A DNA stretch of 32,000 bases from Nitrososphaerota archaeon (GTDB lineage Archaea; Thermoproteota; Nitrososphaeria; Nitrososphaerales; UBA57). The translations under genes were made by a program, and so were the position numbers. The DNA lies in the NCBI GenBank assembly GCA_013306035.1, contig JABUBF010000003.1:29910-61909 (forward strand), written 5' to 3'. Position 1 is the first letter of the stretch; each line of letters opens with the position of its first letter. Under the pieces are notes generated by a model that saw nothing but the letters and a program-made list of their open reading frames with translations, made no database searches and was not told the DNA's origin. Shown in pieces: positions 17,184 to 26,160 of the stretch.

Positions 17184-17522
17184 ATGAACGACAAGTTAAT
17201 TGACGAAGTTATTTCTGTTGACGATCAATCATTTCACTTATTTATTTTAAAATATTCAAATGGATATTTTGTATCTCTTGCCCAGGGAAACGAGCCAAAT
17301 TTAGGATCTATGTCTCTTTCTTTAAAGAAATCAAATTTAGTTAATACTACAATTATCATTCCTAGTAGGTTTTCTCCTATGATTCCTCAACTGATCAGTG
17401 AACTAGCTAGTGATTTATCTGACGGTATTGGTATCTCATCTGTATATATTAAAAAAGACTTGAAAACGGAAACAGCAGTTACTCTTCTTAAAACTATAAA
17501 ATCATATATTAAAGAATTATAA
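17184..17522 (+). CDS. hypothetical protein
   Basis: 112-codon ORF with an ATG start and a TATA-like box about 26 nt upstream. I recognise no motif. Confidence 0.5.
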   Translation: MNDKLIDEVISVDDQSFHLFILKYSNGYFVSLAQGNEPNLGSMSLSLKKSNLVNTTIIIPSRFSPMIPQLISELASDLSDGIGISSVYIKKDLKTETAVTLLKTIKSYIKEL

Positions 17523-18788
17523 AACTTCTTTCTCAAAAATTCCTTTCACTGTTGTATTTAATTTCTTTTTATATGTCGCAGTAGTGTAAATTCGAATTAT
17601 ATTCATATATCCTAATATTGCGTTCATCAATGGCAATTCTGTAGCTTTTGTTATTTCAAATTCTTTCTTTCGTGTATTATTCAGCAATACTGTAATTTCA
17701 TTGAAAGATTCTTTTGTTGATGTCGTAGGAACTGAAGTTGCAGTTGACACATCAATGAATATATGACTCTTTGGTATCTTGGATTTCTCTGCAATCTCTT
17801 CTGCTAAATTCTCTCGAAACTTTCTTTGAGCAAATATTTTTGTACTAAATTCATCTTTTCCTAAGACAATCTTTTCAAAGACTAGTTTTAACATCTTTCT
17901 ATTTGTATAATCTATTACTAATTTCTTTGCTAATCTTGAGTTCTCACTATTAGAATTAATATTTGAAATATTATACAGAATTCTTTCATCTGTTAATTGT
18001 AAAAAATCATCCAAATTATCGAGATTTGTAAAATGTAATTCTTCATTTGATAAGTTCATTGCTCTTATTATCATCACTGCAGACGCACGAACACTTTTAT
18101 GAAAATACACAGCTCTGAACATCTCATACCTTGCTAACATTAAGGATTCTAACGCATACACACTGTCTTTATTTATTGCCAGTTTCTTTCCTGCAATTTC
18201 ATACGCATCAATAATCCTGTGTACATCTACTTTTCCATATTCTACTCCTGAAAAATATGAATCTCTTAGTAAATAATCCATTGAATCAACACTTAGAAAT
18301 CCAGCAATTATATCGTTCATAAATCTGGGATGATTTTTTGATGTTCCTACACATAAATTGGAAAACTTTTTTACATTAACTCCAAACCTTGATAAGATAT
18401 CTGCAATTTCTGTTTCCCTAATTATACGATCTGTAATGTTTTCATGCGTCATTCCTTTTTCATGAAGTACTTCTTCAAACAGATGAGAGAACGGACCATG
18501 ACCAATATCGTGTAATAGTGCAGCTATAGATAACTCATTACTCATATCTTCATTGATTATTTCTTGAGACTTTAGATGATTTGCTGCTCTTTTTGCTAAA
18601 TACATAGAACCAATACAATGTTCAAATCTTGTATGAAGAGCTCCTGGATATGTTAGGTGTGCGGTTCCCAGTTGTCTAATTTTTCTCAACCTTTGAAAAA
18701 CCGGTGAATCAATTATCTTACATTCTAATTCATTTGCATAAATATATCCGTGTACTGGATCTCTTATCTGCGTAATTCCATCTTTCAA
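17517..18788 (-). CDS. HD-domain phosphohydrolase (dNTP triphosphohydrolase/SAMHD1-like, COG1078-type)
   Basis: RFEHCIGSMYLA ... LLHDIGHGPFSHLFE ... DSMDYLLRDSYFSGV are typical of HD dNTPase-like proteins. Confidence 0.8.
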   Translation of the reverse strand: MKDGITQIRDPVHGYIYANELECKIIDSPVFQRLRKIRQLGTAHLTYPGALHTRFEHCIGSMYLAKRAANHLKSQEIINEDMSNELSIAALLHDIGHGPFSHLFEEVLHEKGMTHENITDRIIRETEIADILSRFGVNVKKFSNLCVGTSKNHPRFMNDIIAGFLSVDSMDYLLRDSYFSGVEYGKVDVHRIIDAYEIAGKKLAINKDSVYALESLMLARYEMFRAVYFHKSVRASAVMIIRAMNLSNEELHFTNLDNLDDFLQLTDERILYNISNINSNSENSRLAKKLVIDYTNRKMLKLVFEKIVLGKDEFSTKIFAQRKFRENLAEEIAEKSKIPKSHIFIDVSTATSVPTTSTKESFNEITVLLNNTRKKEFEITKATELPLMNAILGYMNIIRIYTTATYKKKLNTTVKGIFEKEVL

Positions 18789-19400
18789 CTAATTCACATC
18801 TTTGATTTTATACTTATTTACAACTAAATTCCAAATTTCTTTACTTACTTCTTCTTTACTCTTATCTCCCTTTATTCTGGACCATTTGTTCATAGTTGCA
18901 AGTTTCTTATACCTTGACTTTACATTATTGAGAAATTTTCTATCTTTTTCATACCTGTCACGATTCTCACTCTTTCGCAATACTGATTCTGTTATTGGAA
19001 TGTCTATTAATATAGTTAAATCCGATTTTGGCAAACCTAAATCTAAATTTTCCAACCACTCCTTTTTCAAGCCATTTGCTAATCCATATGCAATATTTGA
19101 ATCACAATAGCGATTACAGATCACAAAATCCATGTTTTCTAATTTATACCTTATTTCTTTCTCAGATTCCCATCTATTTGCTGATAGTAATATATGCGAC
19201 ATTTCTAGAGAAAAACTATCATCGTGAAGACATTTTTTTACTAATTTGCCTATGCTTGTATTGTATTTTGGAAAAGATATGTATCCAACTTTGTATCCGT
19301 TCTTTTTTAACCTATTTCTAAGCAATATAGATTGAGTCTTTTTTCCTGATTGGTCAATTCCCTCAATGACAATGAATTTCCCCTTCCTCAATAACTGCAT
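18789..19400 (-). CDS. tmk: thymidylate kinase
   Basis: P-loop FIVIEGIDQSGKKTQ and the DRY-like region NRYCDSNIAY. Its stop codon abuts the HD gene start with no intergenic base. Confidence 0.85.
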   Translation of the reverse strand: MQLLRKGKFIVIEGIDQSGKKTQSILLRNRLKKNGYKVGYISFPKYNTSIGKLVKKCLHDDSFSLEMSHILLSANRWESEKEIRYKLENMDFVICNRYCDSNIAYGLANGLKKEWLENLDLGLPKSDLTILIDIPITESVLRKSENRDRYEKDRKFLNNVKSRYKKLATMNKWSRIKGDKSKEEVSKEIWNLVVNKYKIKDVN

Positions 19401-19459
19401 TATGTTGTTGATTTATATAAGGTAACTATCAAATTTTTTAATAGTCTAAATTTTTATCT

Positions 19460-21019
19460 TTGTATTACATAATATATTCTGTGTCATCCCAATTTATCGA
19501 AAAACAATATGTTAAATCAAATACTATTGATAAACGGGAATACCAAGTCAACATAGCAGATTCTATTAAATCTCAGAACTCTATTGTTGTATTACCTACT
19601 GGTCTAGGAAAAACTGTAATTGCATTATTATCTATGGCTGAGTCCATGATTAATAATCCCACAAAAACCTGTATGATCTTAGCACCAACTCGTGTACTTG
19701 TTCACCAACACTATGAATTCTTGTTGAATTCACTCAATCTTAGCGAAACTGAAATCAGCGTAATAACGGGAGAAGACACACTTAAAAAAAGGCAAACTAA
19801 ATGGCAGAATCAAATCGTTTGTGCCACACCTCAAATATTACAACTCGATATTAATCGCGGAATAATAGATTTAGAACAATTCTCTATTGTTATTTTTGAT
19901 GAGGTACACCGAGCTGTTGGAGAATACGCATATGTGCCTGTCGCACAATCACTATATTCAAAAAACAATGAAATTATAATGCATGGAATGACTGCATCTC
20001 TTCCTAGCGAATCACCAAAAATCGAAGAAATTATGAACAATATACATGCTGCTCATATAGAATTTCGCGATCGTGAAAGTGAAGACGTAAAACCTTATGT
20101 TCATGATACAAAAATTGAAAAAATTGAGATTGAATTAACTGACGATATTAAAACAATTAGCAATCTAATCAAAAAAACTATATCTTCCTACTCATTGAAA
20201 CTTCGTAATAATGGTCAATTGTTGCCCAGAGATCCTTCATTAAAAGCTGTTCTTGCAAAAATCCATCATATTGAAAAAGATCCATATCTATCAAAACGTT
20301 GGGATATTCGAAATAATCTATATTCTTTGGTTAGATTATTACATGGAATTAATATAATTGAAACTCAAGGCGTAGATAGTTTCTCAAAATATGTCTCTCG
20401 ACTTAAGTCAAAACAAAAATCTAGCGGTGTTAAAAAATTACTTGAACATCCAGATTTTAGCCAAGCAATTATTCTTACTGATCGTCTTCAATCTCTTGGG
20501 GAAGACCATCCAAAGCTTGCTAAATTAGAAAGCATTATGGAAGCAAACCTCAGAGGTACAGATAAGGCTATAATATTTGCTAGTTATCGAGATACGGTTG
20601 ATAAAATCTTTGAAGTACTTCATGGCAAAGGATATCATATTGGTATATTAATTGGAAAAAGCGGACAGACTGGCCAATCACAGAAACAACAATTAGAATC
20701 ACTTGAAAAACTCAAATCCGGAGAATTTGATATTATCGTAGCAACCCAGGTTGGAGAAGAGGGTCTCGACATTTCAGAATGTAAACTTGTTGTTTTTTAT
20801 GATAATGTTTCTAGTGCTATAAGATTTACACAACGACTAGGAAGAACTGGCCGTCGTTCACCAGGAAAAGTCGTATCTTTTATTACTAAAGGTACACGTG
20901 ACGAAACCAATTATTATATCAGCCAACAAAGATTGTCTAAATCTCAAAGAACTATAAAACGTATGAATAAAAATTATAAAAAACCCGCTGAAAAAAAAGG
21001 ATTAGATAAATTCCTTTAA
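19460..21019 (+). CDS. Hef/FANCM/Mph1-like superfamily 2 helicase (helicase domains only)
   Basis: REYQ, motif I LPTGLGKT, motif II FDEVHRA, motif III MTASL, motif V VATQVGEEGLDI and motif VI QRLGRTGR. No ERCC4 nuclease domain is visible. The start is uncertain (TTG 19460 or GTG 19481). Confidence 0.7.
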   Translation: MYYIIYSVSSQFIEKQYVKSNTIDKREYQVNIADSIKSQNSIVVLPTGLGKTVIALLSMAESMINNPTKTCMILAPTRVLVHQHYEFLLNSLNLSETEISVITGEDTLKKRQTKWQNQIVCATPQILQLDINRGIIDLEQFSIVIFDEVHRAVGEYAYVPVAQSLYSKNNEIIMHGMTASLPSESPKIEEIMNNIHAAHIEFRDRESEDVKPYVHDTKIEKIEIELTDDIKTISNLIKKTISSYSLKLRNNGQLLPRDPSLKAVLAKIHHIEKDPYLSKRWDIRNNLYSLVRLLHGINIIETQGVDSFSKYVSRLKSKQKSSGVKKLLEHPDFSQAIILTDRLQSLGEDHPKLAKLESIMEANLRGTDKAIIFASYRDTVDKIFEVLHGKGYHIGILIGKSGQTGQSQKQQLESLEKLKSGEFDIIVATQVGEEGLDISECKLVVFYDNVSSAIRFTQRLGRTGRRSPGKVVSFITKGTRDETNYYISQQRLSKSQRTIKRMNKNYKKPAEKKGLDKFL

Positions 21020-21067
21020 TCTATATTTTTTTATACATTTATTATTCACGTCTTTAAATAATCAATA

Positions 21068-21859
21068 ATGGATTGTTCGTTCTGCAACGTATCAGAAGAT
21101 TTACCATTTACTTGCTCTTATTGTGAGCTCATTTTTTGTTCTTCACATCGTTTACCAGAAAAACATCAATGTAGTCAATTATATCGTGTTCATAAACCTC
21201 GAGACAGTTTATATCAAAACACAAATTCTCAATTCTCTATTAATAATCTCAATAATCTAGATTCTAGAATGAATCGCATTCTGAATACCGAATTACGTCA
21301 ATTACTACTTGGTATGGTTTTGGTACTCTTAGTGGGAATCTCATTTTTTCTGAGTAATAATTCTTCATATTCTGCAATTACAATTGTAATTCTTGGCCTC
21401 GTACTGATGGGTTCATTTTTAATTCATGAGATGTCTCATAAATTCCTTGCAATGAGGAATGGATATAGAGCAGAATTTCGCGTCAATTCACTGGGAGTAC
21501 TTCTAACATCTTTGAGTATATTCCCATTTATTCCATTGAAGATTATTGCCCCTGGGGCAGTTGTAATATCTGGATACCCTTCTAATTCAAAACTGGGAAA
21601 AATTGCTTTAGCAGGTCCTGCAAGTAATATAATTCTTGGTTTATGTTCAATATTTATTCTAACATCTTTTTCTCTCACAGCAGAGTTGTTTGCAATAATT
21701 TCTACTGCTGCATATATAAATGGAATTCTTGCAGCGTTTAATTTATTACCATTTAGTATAATCGATGGAAAGAAAGTATATAATTGGAATAAATATATCT
21801 GGATTTCTTCTTTTATTTTTTGTATATCATTTATATTTGTTGTATCTAATATAATATGA
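21068..21859 (+). CDS. AN1-type zinc finger fused to an M50 (site-2 protease-like) membrane metalloprotease
   Basis: CSFC-x9-CSYC-x4-CSSH-x5-HQC fits the AN1 consensus exactly. After it come TM helices with HEMSH (HExxH) and FNLLPFSIIDGKK (the NxxPxxxxDG motif of M50). Confidence 0.75.
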   Translation: MDCSFCNVSEDLPFTCSYCELIFCSSHRLPEKHQCSQLYRVHKPRDSLYQNTNSQFSINNLNNLDSRMNRILNTELRQLLLGMVLVLLVGISFFLSNNSSYSAITIVILGLVLMGSFLIHEMSHKFLAMRNGYRAEFRVNSLGVLLTSLSIFPFIPLKIIAPGAVVISGYPSNSKLGKIALAGPASNIILGLCSIFILTSFSLTAELFAIISTAAYINGILAAFNLLPFSIIDGKKVYNWNKYIWISSFIFCISFIFVVSNII

Positions 21860-23322
21860 ATAACATGAAGAAAAAATTTAGCACCTTTGAAATTGGTTCA
21901 TTTATCTCTACAACTATTTATGATGATCTATCATTAAGTCCTAATACTCGTAAAATCGATAAACAAATAGGTAATCTTATCTCAAGCATTATAAAAAATA
22001 AAGAATTTACAGGAAAATCTAATGAATCAATATTACTCAGGACTCCTCAAACAAATGTTCTCCTAATCGGATTAGGAAATAAAAAATGTATATCAAATGA
22101 TAAATTACGCGACGCTGCTGCAAAAGCCTCAATCACTGCAAAAAAACTAAAAACTAAATCATTTTCATTTAATCATGATGTTTCTGATATGACCAATGAC
22201 TATGTAGAAGCAGTTGTCCAAGGATCTGAATTGGGACTTTATAATTTCAATGTTTATAAAAGTAACAAGAAGGACTTTCGCCCTTTGACCATGAATATAA
22301 TTATAAAAAATAAAACTAAAACTTCTCTTACAAAAAGTATTAGAACCGGTGAAATCATTGCTGACGCAATAATGCTTTCTCGTGATATCTCTAATCTTCC
22401 TAGTAGAGATTGTACTCCTCTACAACTTGCTTCTCGCGCTAAAAAAATCTCATCAAATAGACCACTCAAAACTACAGTTTTTAATACTGATAAACTCAAA
22501 AAACTAGGTTTTGGCGGCCTTTTAGGTGTAGCTAGCGGTTCTCAACAACCTCCTTGTTTCATAATAATGGAATATAATGGAGGTAAACGAGGTGAAAAAC
22601 CAATTGTATTTGTTGGCAAAACAATTACTTTTGATACTGGAGGAATTTCTATAAAGCCATCAGCTTCTATGGATGAAATGAAATATGATAAATCCGGTGG
22701 CGCTACTGTTATGTCTATAATGCAAGCCGTTGCAGATCTTAAACTTCCAGTTAATGTTGTTGGTTTGATGCCTGCTACAGAAAATATGCCTAGTGGTTCT
22801 GCCTACAAACCTGGTGATGTTATCACATTTTATAATAAAAAGACTGCAGAAATTCTAAATACAGATGCAGAAGGCCGTGTAATTCTTGCAGATGCTTTAT
22901 CTTACGCTCAAAACTATAAACCACGAATGATTATTGATTTTGCAACATTGACTGGCGCATGTGTAATTGCACTAGGTAATGCCGTAAGCGGTCTTCTTGG
23001 TAATGATAAAAAAATTATTAATTCATTATTTGAATCTGGCGAACGTACTGGTGAAAAAGTCTGGGAACTTCCTTTAACTAATGAATATAAAAAACTTATT
23101 AAAAGTGATATTGCTGATATTAAAAATATTGGAGGTCGAGGAGCTGGTACAATAACTGCCGCCGCATTTCTTAGTTACTTTGTTGATGATTATCCATGGG
23201 CTCATTTAGATATTGCTGGCACAGCCTGGACTCAAGACGGTACTCCTAAAAAATCTTATATTAAGAAAGGAGCTACTGGAGTTGGAGTTCTTTTGAGTAT
23301 AGATTTCTTAAGAAATTTATAA
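21856..23322 (+). CDS. pepA: leucyl aminopeptidase, M17 family
   Basis: M17 signature NTDAEGRVILADAL, plus VGKTITFDTGGISIKP and MKYDKSGGA. ATGA overlap with the upstream gene. Confidence 0.9.
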   Translation: MNNMKKKFSTFEIGSFISTTIYDDLSLSPNTRKIDKQIGNLISSIIKNKEFTGKSNESILLRTPQTNVLLIGLGNKKCISNDKLRDAAAKASITAKKLKTKSFSFNHDVSDMTNDYVEAVVQGSELGLYNFNVYKSNKKDFRPLTMNIIIKNKTKTSLTKSIRTGEIIADAIMLSRDISNLPSRDCTPLQLASRAKKISSNRPLKTTVFNTDKLKKLGFGGLLGVASGSQQPPCFIIMEYNGGKRGEKPIVFVGKTITFDTGGISIKPSASMDEMKYDKSGGATVMSIMQAVADLKLPVNVVGLMPATENMPSGSAYKPGDVITFYNKKTAEILNTDAEGRVILADALSYAQNYKPRMIIDFATLTGACVIALGNAVSGLLGNDKKIINSLFESGERTGEKVWELPLTNEYKKLIKSDIADIKNIGGRGAGTITAAAFLSYFVDDYPWAHLDIAGTAWTQDGTPKKSYIKKGATGVGVLLSIDFLRNL

Positions 23323-23328
23323 TTTGTT

Positions 23329-24948
23329 TTAATAATCCATTCCGCCAGGTGGGCCGCCTGCGCCTCCACCTTTAGCAGATGATATTGTATCATCAATTCT
23401 TAATATCATGTTTGTTACTTCAACTGCTGCTTTGATTACTTGTTCTTTGACTTTTAACGGTTCATAGACATTTCTTTTCGACATGTCTGCTAATCCTCCT
23501 CTTAATGCATCAACACCATACCATTTTTTTCCTTCAACTTGTCCTGCTCTTAAGTTTACTAGTGTGTCTATTGCATCCATTCCTGCATTCTCTGCTAATG
23601 TAATTGGTAGTGATTCTATAGCGTCTGCGAATTTCTGTGCGGCTAATTGCTCTCTTCCTGTTAAATTATTTGCCCATTTTCGTATTTTAAACGCAACATT
23701 GGCTTCAGGAGCACCTCCACCTGCTACAATATATGGATATTCTAAAACATCCTTTACTACCATTAATGAATCATGCAAAGATCTTTCTGCTTCATCAAGA
23801 ACTCTTGGAGAGCCTCCTCGTATTAATATTGATACTGCCTTTGGATTCTTACATCCTTCAATGAATACCCATTTATCAGTCTCAATTTTTCTTTCTTCTA
23901 CTAATGCTGCAGTGCCCAAGTCATCCTTTGACAGATCCTTCAAATTTGAAATTATTCTAGCTCCTGTTGCCTTAGCTATTTTTACCATATCACTTTCTTT
24001 TACTCTTCTAACTGCCATGATTCCTTCTTGTGCCAAGTAATGTTGAGCAATATCATCTATGCCTTTTTGGCATATTATGATATTTGCACCAGATGCAACT
24101 ATTTGATCAACGTATTGTTTCAACATTCTATTCTCTTCATCTAAGAATTGTTTCATTTGCAATGGCTCATTAATTCTAATTTCTGCACTGATTTCTGTTT
24201 TTTCAATTTCTAATGCAGCGTTGACAATTGCAATTTTTGCTTTGCTGATTGACTTAGGCATATTAGAGTGGACTACTTCTTTATCGAGAACAATACCTTT
24301 AATTAACGAAGTTTCGCTCAGTGAAGCTCCTGGTTTCTTATCGACTTTAACATTCGCTAAATCTATTTTTGTTTCTCCACTAGTATTATCTGCAATCAAT
24401 AATAGTGCATCTACAACAATTTTTGATAATTCTTTTGATTCTTCTGCAACTAGTTTACTCATCATACTTGTCGTTGCAATTTTTATTAACATATCTTTGT
24501 CATCTTTGTCCACTTTAATTGCAATCTTCTTTAAAATATCAAGTGCTTCTTCAGCTGCTCTTGCATATCCATCAATTATCATTGTTGGATGTACTTCTTT
24601 ATCAATTAGTTCTTGTGCTTTCTCTAATAATGCTCCTGAAAATACAACTGCTGTTGTAGTTCCATCGCCAACTTCACTATCTGTAGTTTTTGCGACTTCC
24701 ACCATCATTTTTCCTGCAGGATGTTGCATATCTATTTCTTTCAAAATTGTAGCTCCATCATTTGTTATAGTTACATCTCCTAAACCATCTACTAGCATCT
24801 TATCCATTCCTCTTGGACCTAGTGATGTTTTTACTAATTGTGCAACAAGTGTTGCAGCAAATATGTTGTTCTTTTGTGCTTCTTTTCCCTTTGTTTCGCT
24901 TGAACCTTCTTTTAAAATAAAGATAGGTTGACTGTTATTATTAGACAT
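23329..24948 (-). CDS. ths: thermosome subunit (group II chaperonin)
   Basis: LGPRGMDKMLV, VGDGTTTAVVFSGALL and VAGGGAPE, with the C-terminal GGGAGGPPGGMDY tail. I place the start at the ATG at 24948 (MSNNNSQPIFILKEG). The 26-codon extension in the ORF track overlaps pus10 and is unlikely to be real. Confidence 0.95.
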   Translation of the reverse strand: MSNNNSQPIFILKEGSSETKGKEAQKNNIFAATLVAQLVKTSLGPRGMDKMLVDGLGDVTITNDGATILKEIDMQHPAGKMMVEVAKTTDSEVGDGTTTAVVFSGALLEKAQELIDKEVHPTMIIDGYARAAEEALDILKKIAIKVDKDDKDMLIKIATTSMMSKLVAEESKELSKIVVDALLLIADNTSGETKIDLANVKVDKKPGASLSETSLIKGIVLDKEVVHSNMPKSISKAKIAIVNAALEIEKTEISAEIRINEPLQMKQFLDEENRMLKQYVDQIVASGANIIICQKGIDDIAQHYLAQEGIMAVRRVKESDMVKIAKATGARIISNLKDLSKDDLGTAALVEERKIETDKWVFIEGCKNPKAVSILIRGGSPRVLDEAERSLHDSLMVVKDVLEYPYIVAGGGAPEANVAFKIRKWANNLTGREQLAAQKFADAIESLPITLAENAGMDAIDTLVNLRAGQVEGKKWYGVDALRGGLADMSKRNVYEPLKVKEQVIKAAVEVTNMILRIDDTISSAKGGGAGGPPGGMDY

Positions 24949-24982
24949 CAATAATCGCATTTTTATTGGTAACACTAGGTTT

Positions 24983-26143
24983 TTAACGTTTCTCTGATTC
25001 TTGAACCTTGACATAATGTATGTCAAAAGGCGCTATTTTATCAACCGAGCATTTTATTCTCATCACTTTCCTAAAATTCGGCTTTACTTGTTCATTTTCG
25101 CCAGATACTAATTTCTTGATATTTATACCTCCCTCGCAAATTAATTCAACTGTAAATCGTTTTCCAGATACTTTCTTTAGTTTTATTGACCTAACTCTTC
25201 TTGTAAAATACTTGTTTTTATTCATTGAATAAATTGAAATATCTCTTTCACTAAAATACTTCTCTATTCTTTCCAATCTTTTTGTATCTTTTAAATTAGA
25301 TTCGAAATTCACTATTGCTTTCATAATAAAACCTTGATCAATAATTGGTCTCTTTCGTAATATCTCTACAGATTTTATTATTATTCCATGATTCATCTTC
25401 TTTTCTCTGAACAATGCTTTACGCTTTATTGGCGAAGATACTTCTGCAAAAAATGGCCTTCCATTATACTTCACTAGACTGTTCCGATCCTCACTTCCTA
25501 TCCATGATATCTTTACTTTATTTGCATTAAATTTCTTTATTAGAAATTTATGTATCTCATTTTCTACTGAAGGCACTCTCATAAATCCTGAAAATCTACA
25601 TTTCTTACATCCTTCACTCTTGCATTGTTTACATCTTTGTTTTTTCTGATTTATTCCTCTTTTATTCTTAACATATTTACCCATTAAAAATATAGATCTT
25701 GACGACACTTCAATTTCATCCAATAATGTATTTACTAGAATATTCAATTCAGGTCTATTCAGACTAATTGTTCTACCATTAGTTCTTTTTATTAATCTTG
25801 ATAATTCTTTTGTTATTTCACTTTTTATTGGTTCTCCACCTTTTACTTTAAACTCTGATCTAATTACATCTTCTCTTTCAATTATATCGGAATCCAGAAT
25901 CGTTCCTACCATAAAACTCGAATATTCAAATCTTTCAATCTCATTTAGTATCCTTTTTGCCATTTTATTCAAATTTGACATCATTCCTTCACAAATGAAA
26001 CATTCTTTCTTGATTTGATTCTTTTCTATAGCCTGACGAATTTGTTTTCCATATATTCTATTTATGTTATTGTTTGGAAATTGTCTACCTAGACAACTAT
26101 CACATAATTTATATCTATACAGAACTCTTTTTGCTGTTTTTAT
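24983..26143 (-). CDS. pus10: tRNA pseudouridine synthase Pus10 (start codon unresolved)
   Basis: Catalytic-region motif GSEDRNSLVKYNGRPFFAEV. The in-frame sequence upstream of the first ATG (25984) encodes the Pus10 N-terminal zinc motif KLCDSCLGRQF...ECFICEG. The frame is open back to the TAA at 26165-26167, with no ATG/GTG/TTG. The 5' end given here is the AUA at 26141-26143, which is a guess. Confidence 0.75.
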   Translation of the reverse strand: MKTAKRVLYRYKLCDSCLGRQFPNNNINRIYGKQIRQAIEKNQIKKECFICEGMMSNLNKMAKRILNEIERFEYSSFMVGTILDSDIIEREDVIRSEFKVKGGEPIKSEITKELSRLIKRTNGRTISLNRPELNILVNTLLDEIEVSSRSIFLMGKYVKNKRGINQKKQRCKQCKSEGCKKCRFSGFMRVPSVENEIHKFLIKKFNANKVKISWIGSEDRNSLVKYNGRPFFAEVSSPIKRKALFREKKMNHGIIIKSVEILRKRPIIDQGFIMKAIVNFESNLKDTKRLERIEKYFSERDISIYSMNKNKYFTRRVRSIKLKKVSGKRFTVELICEGGINIKKLVSGENEQVKPNFRKVMRIKCSVDKIAPFDIHYVKVQESEKR

Positions 26144-26160
26144 TCTGGTATGATCCAGAT

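Noticed and set aside
23483-24931. Long + strand ORFs (185 aa and 236 aa) opposite the thermosome gene
   Set aside because: They are Ser/Ala/Ile-rich shadow ORFs antisense to a highly conserved gene, with no motifs.
24949-25026. 26-codon N-terminal extension of the thermosome ORF (MTYIMSRFKNQ...)
   Set aside because: It overlaps the 3' end of pus10. Group II chaperonin homology begins right after the ATG at 24948.
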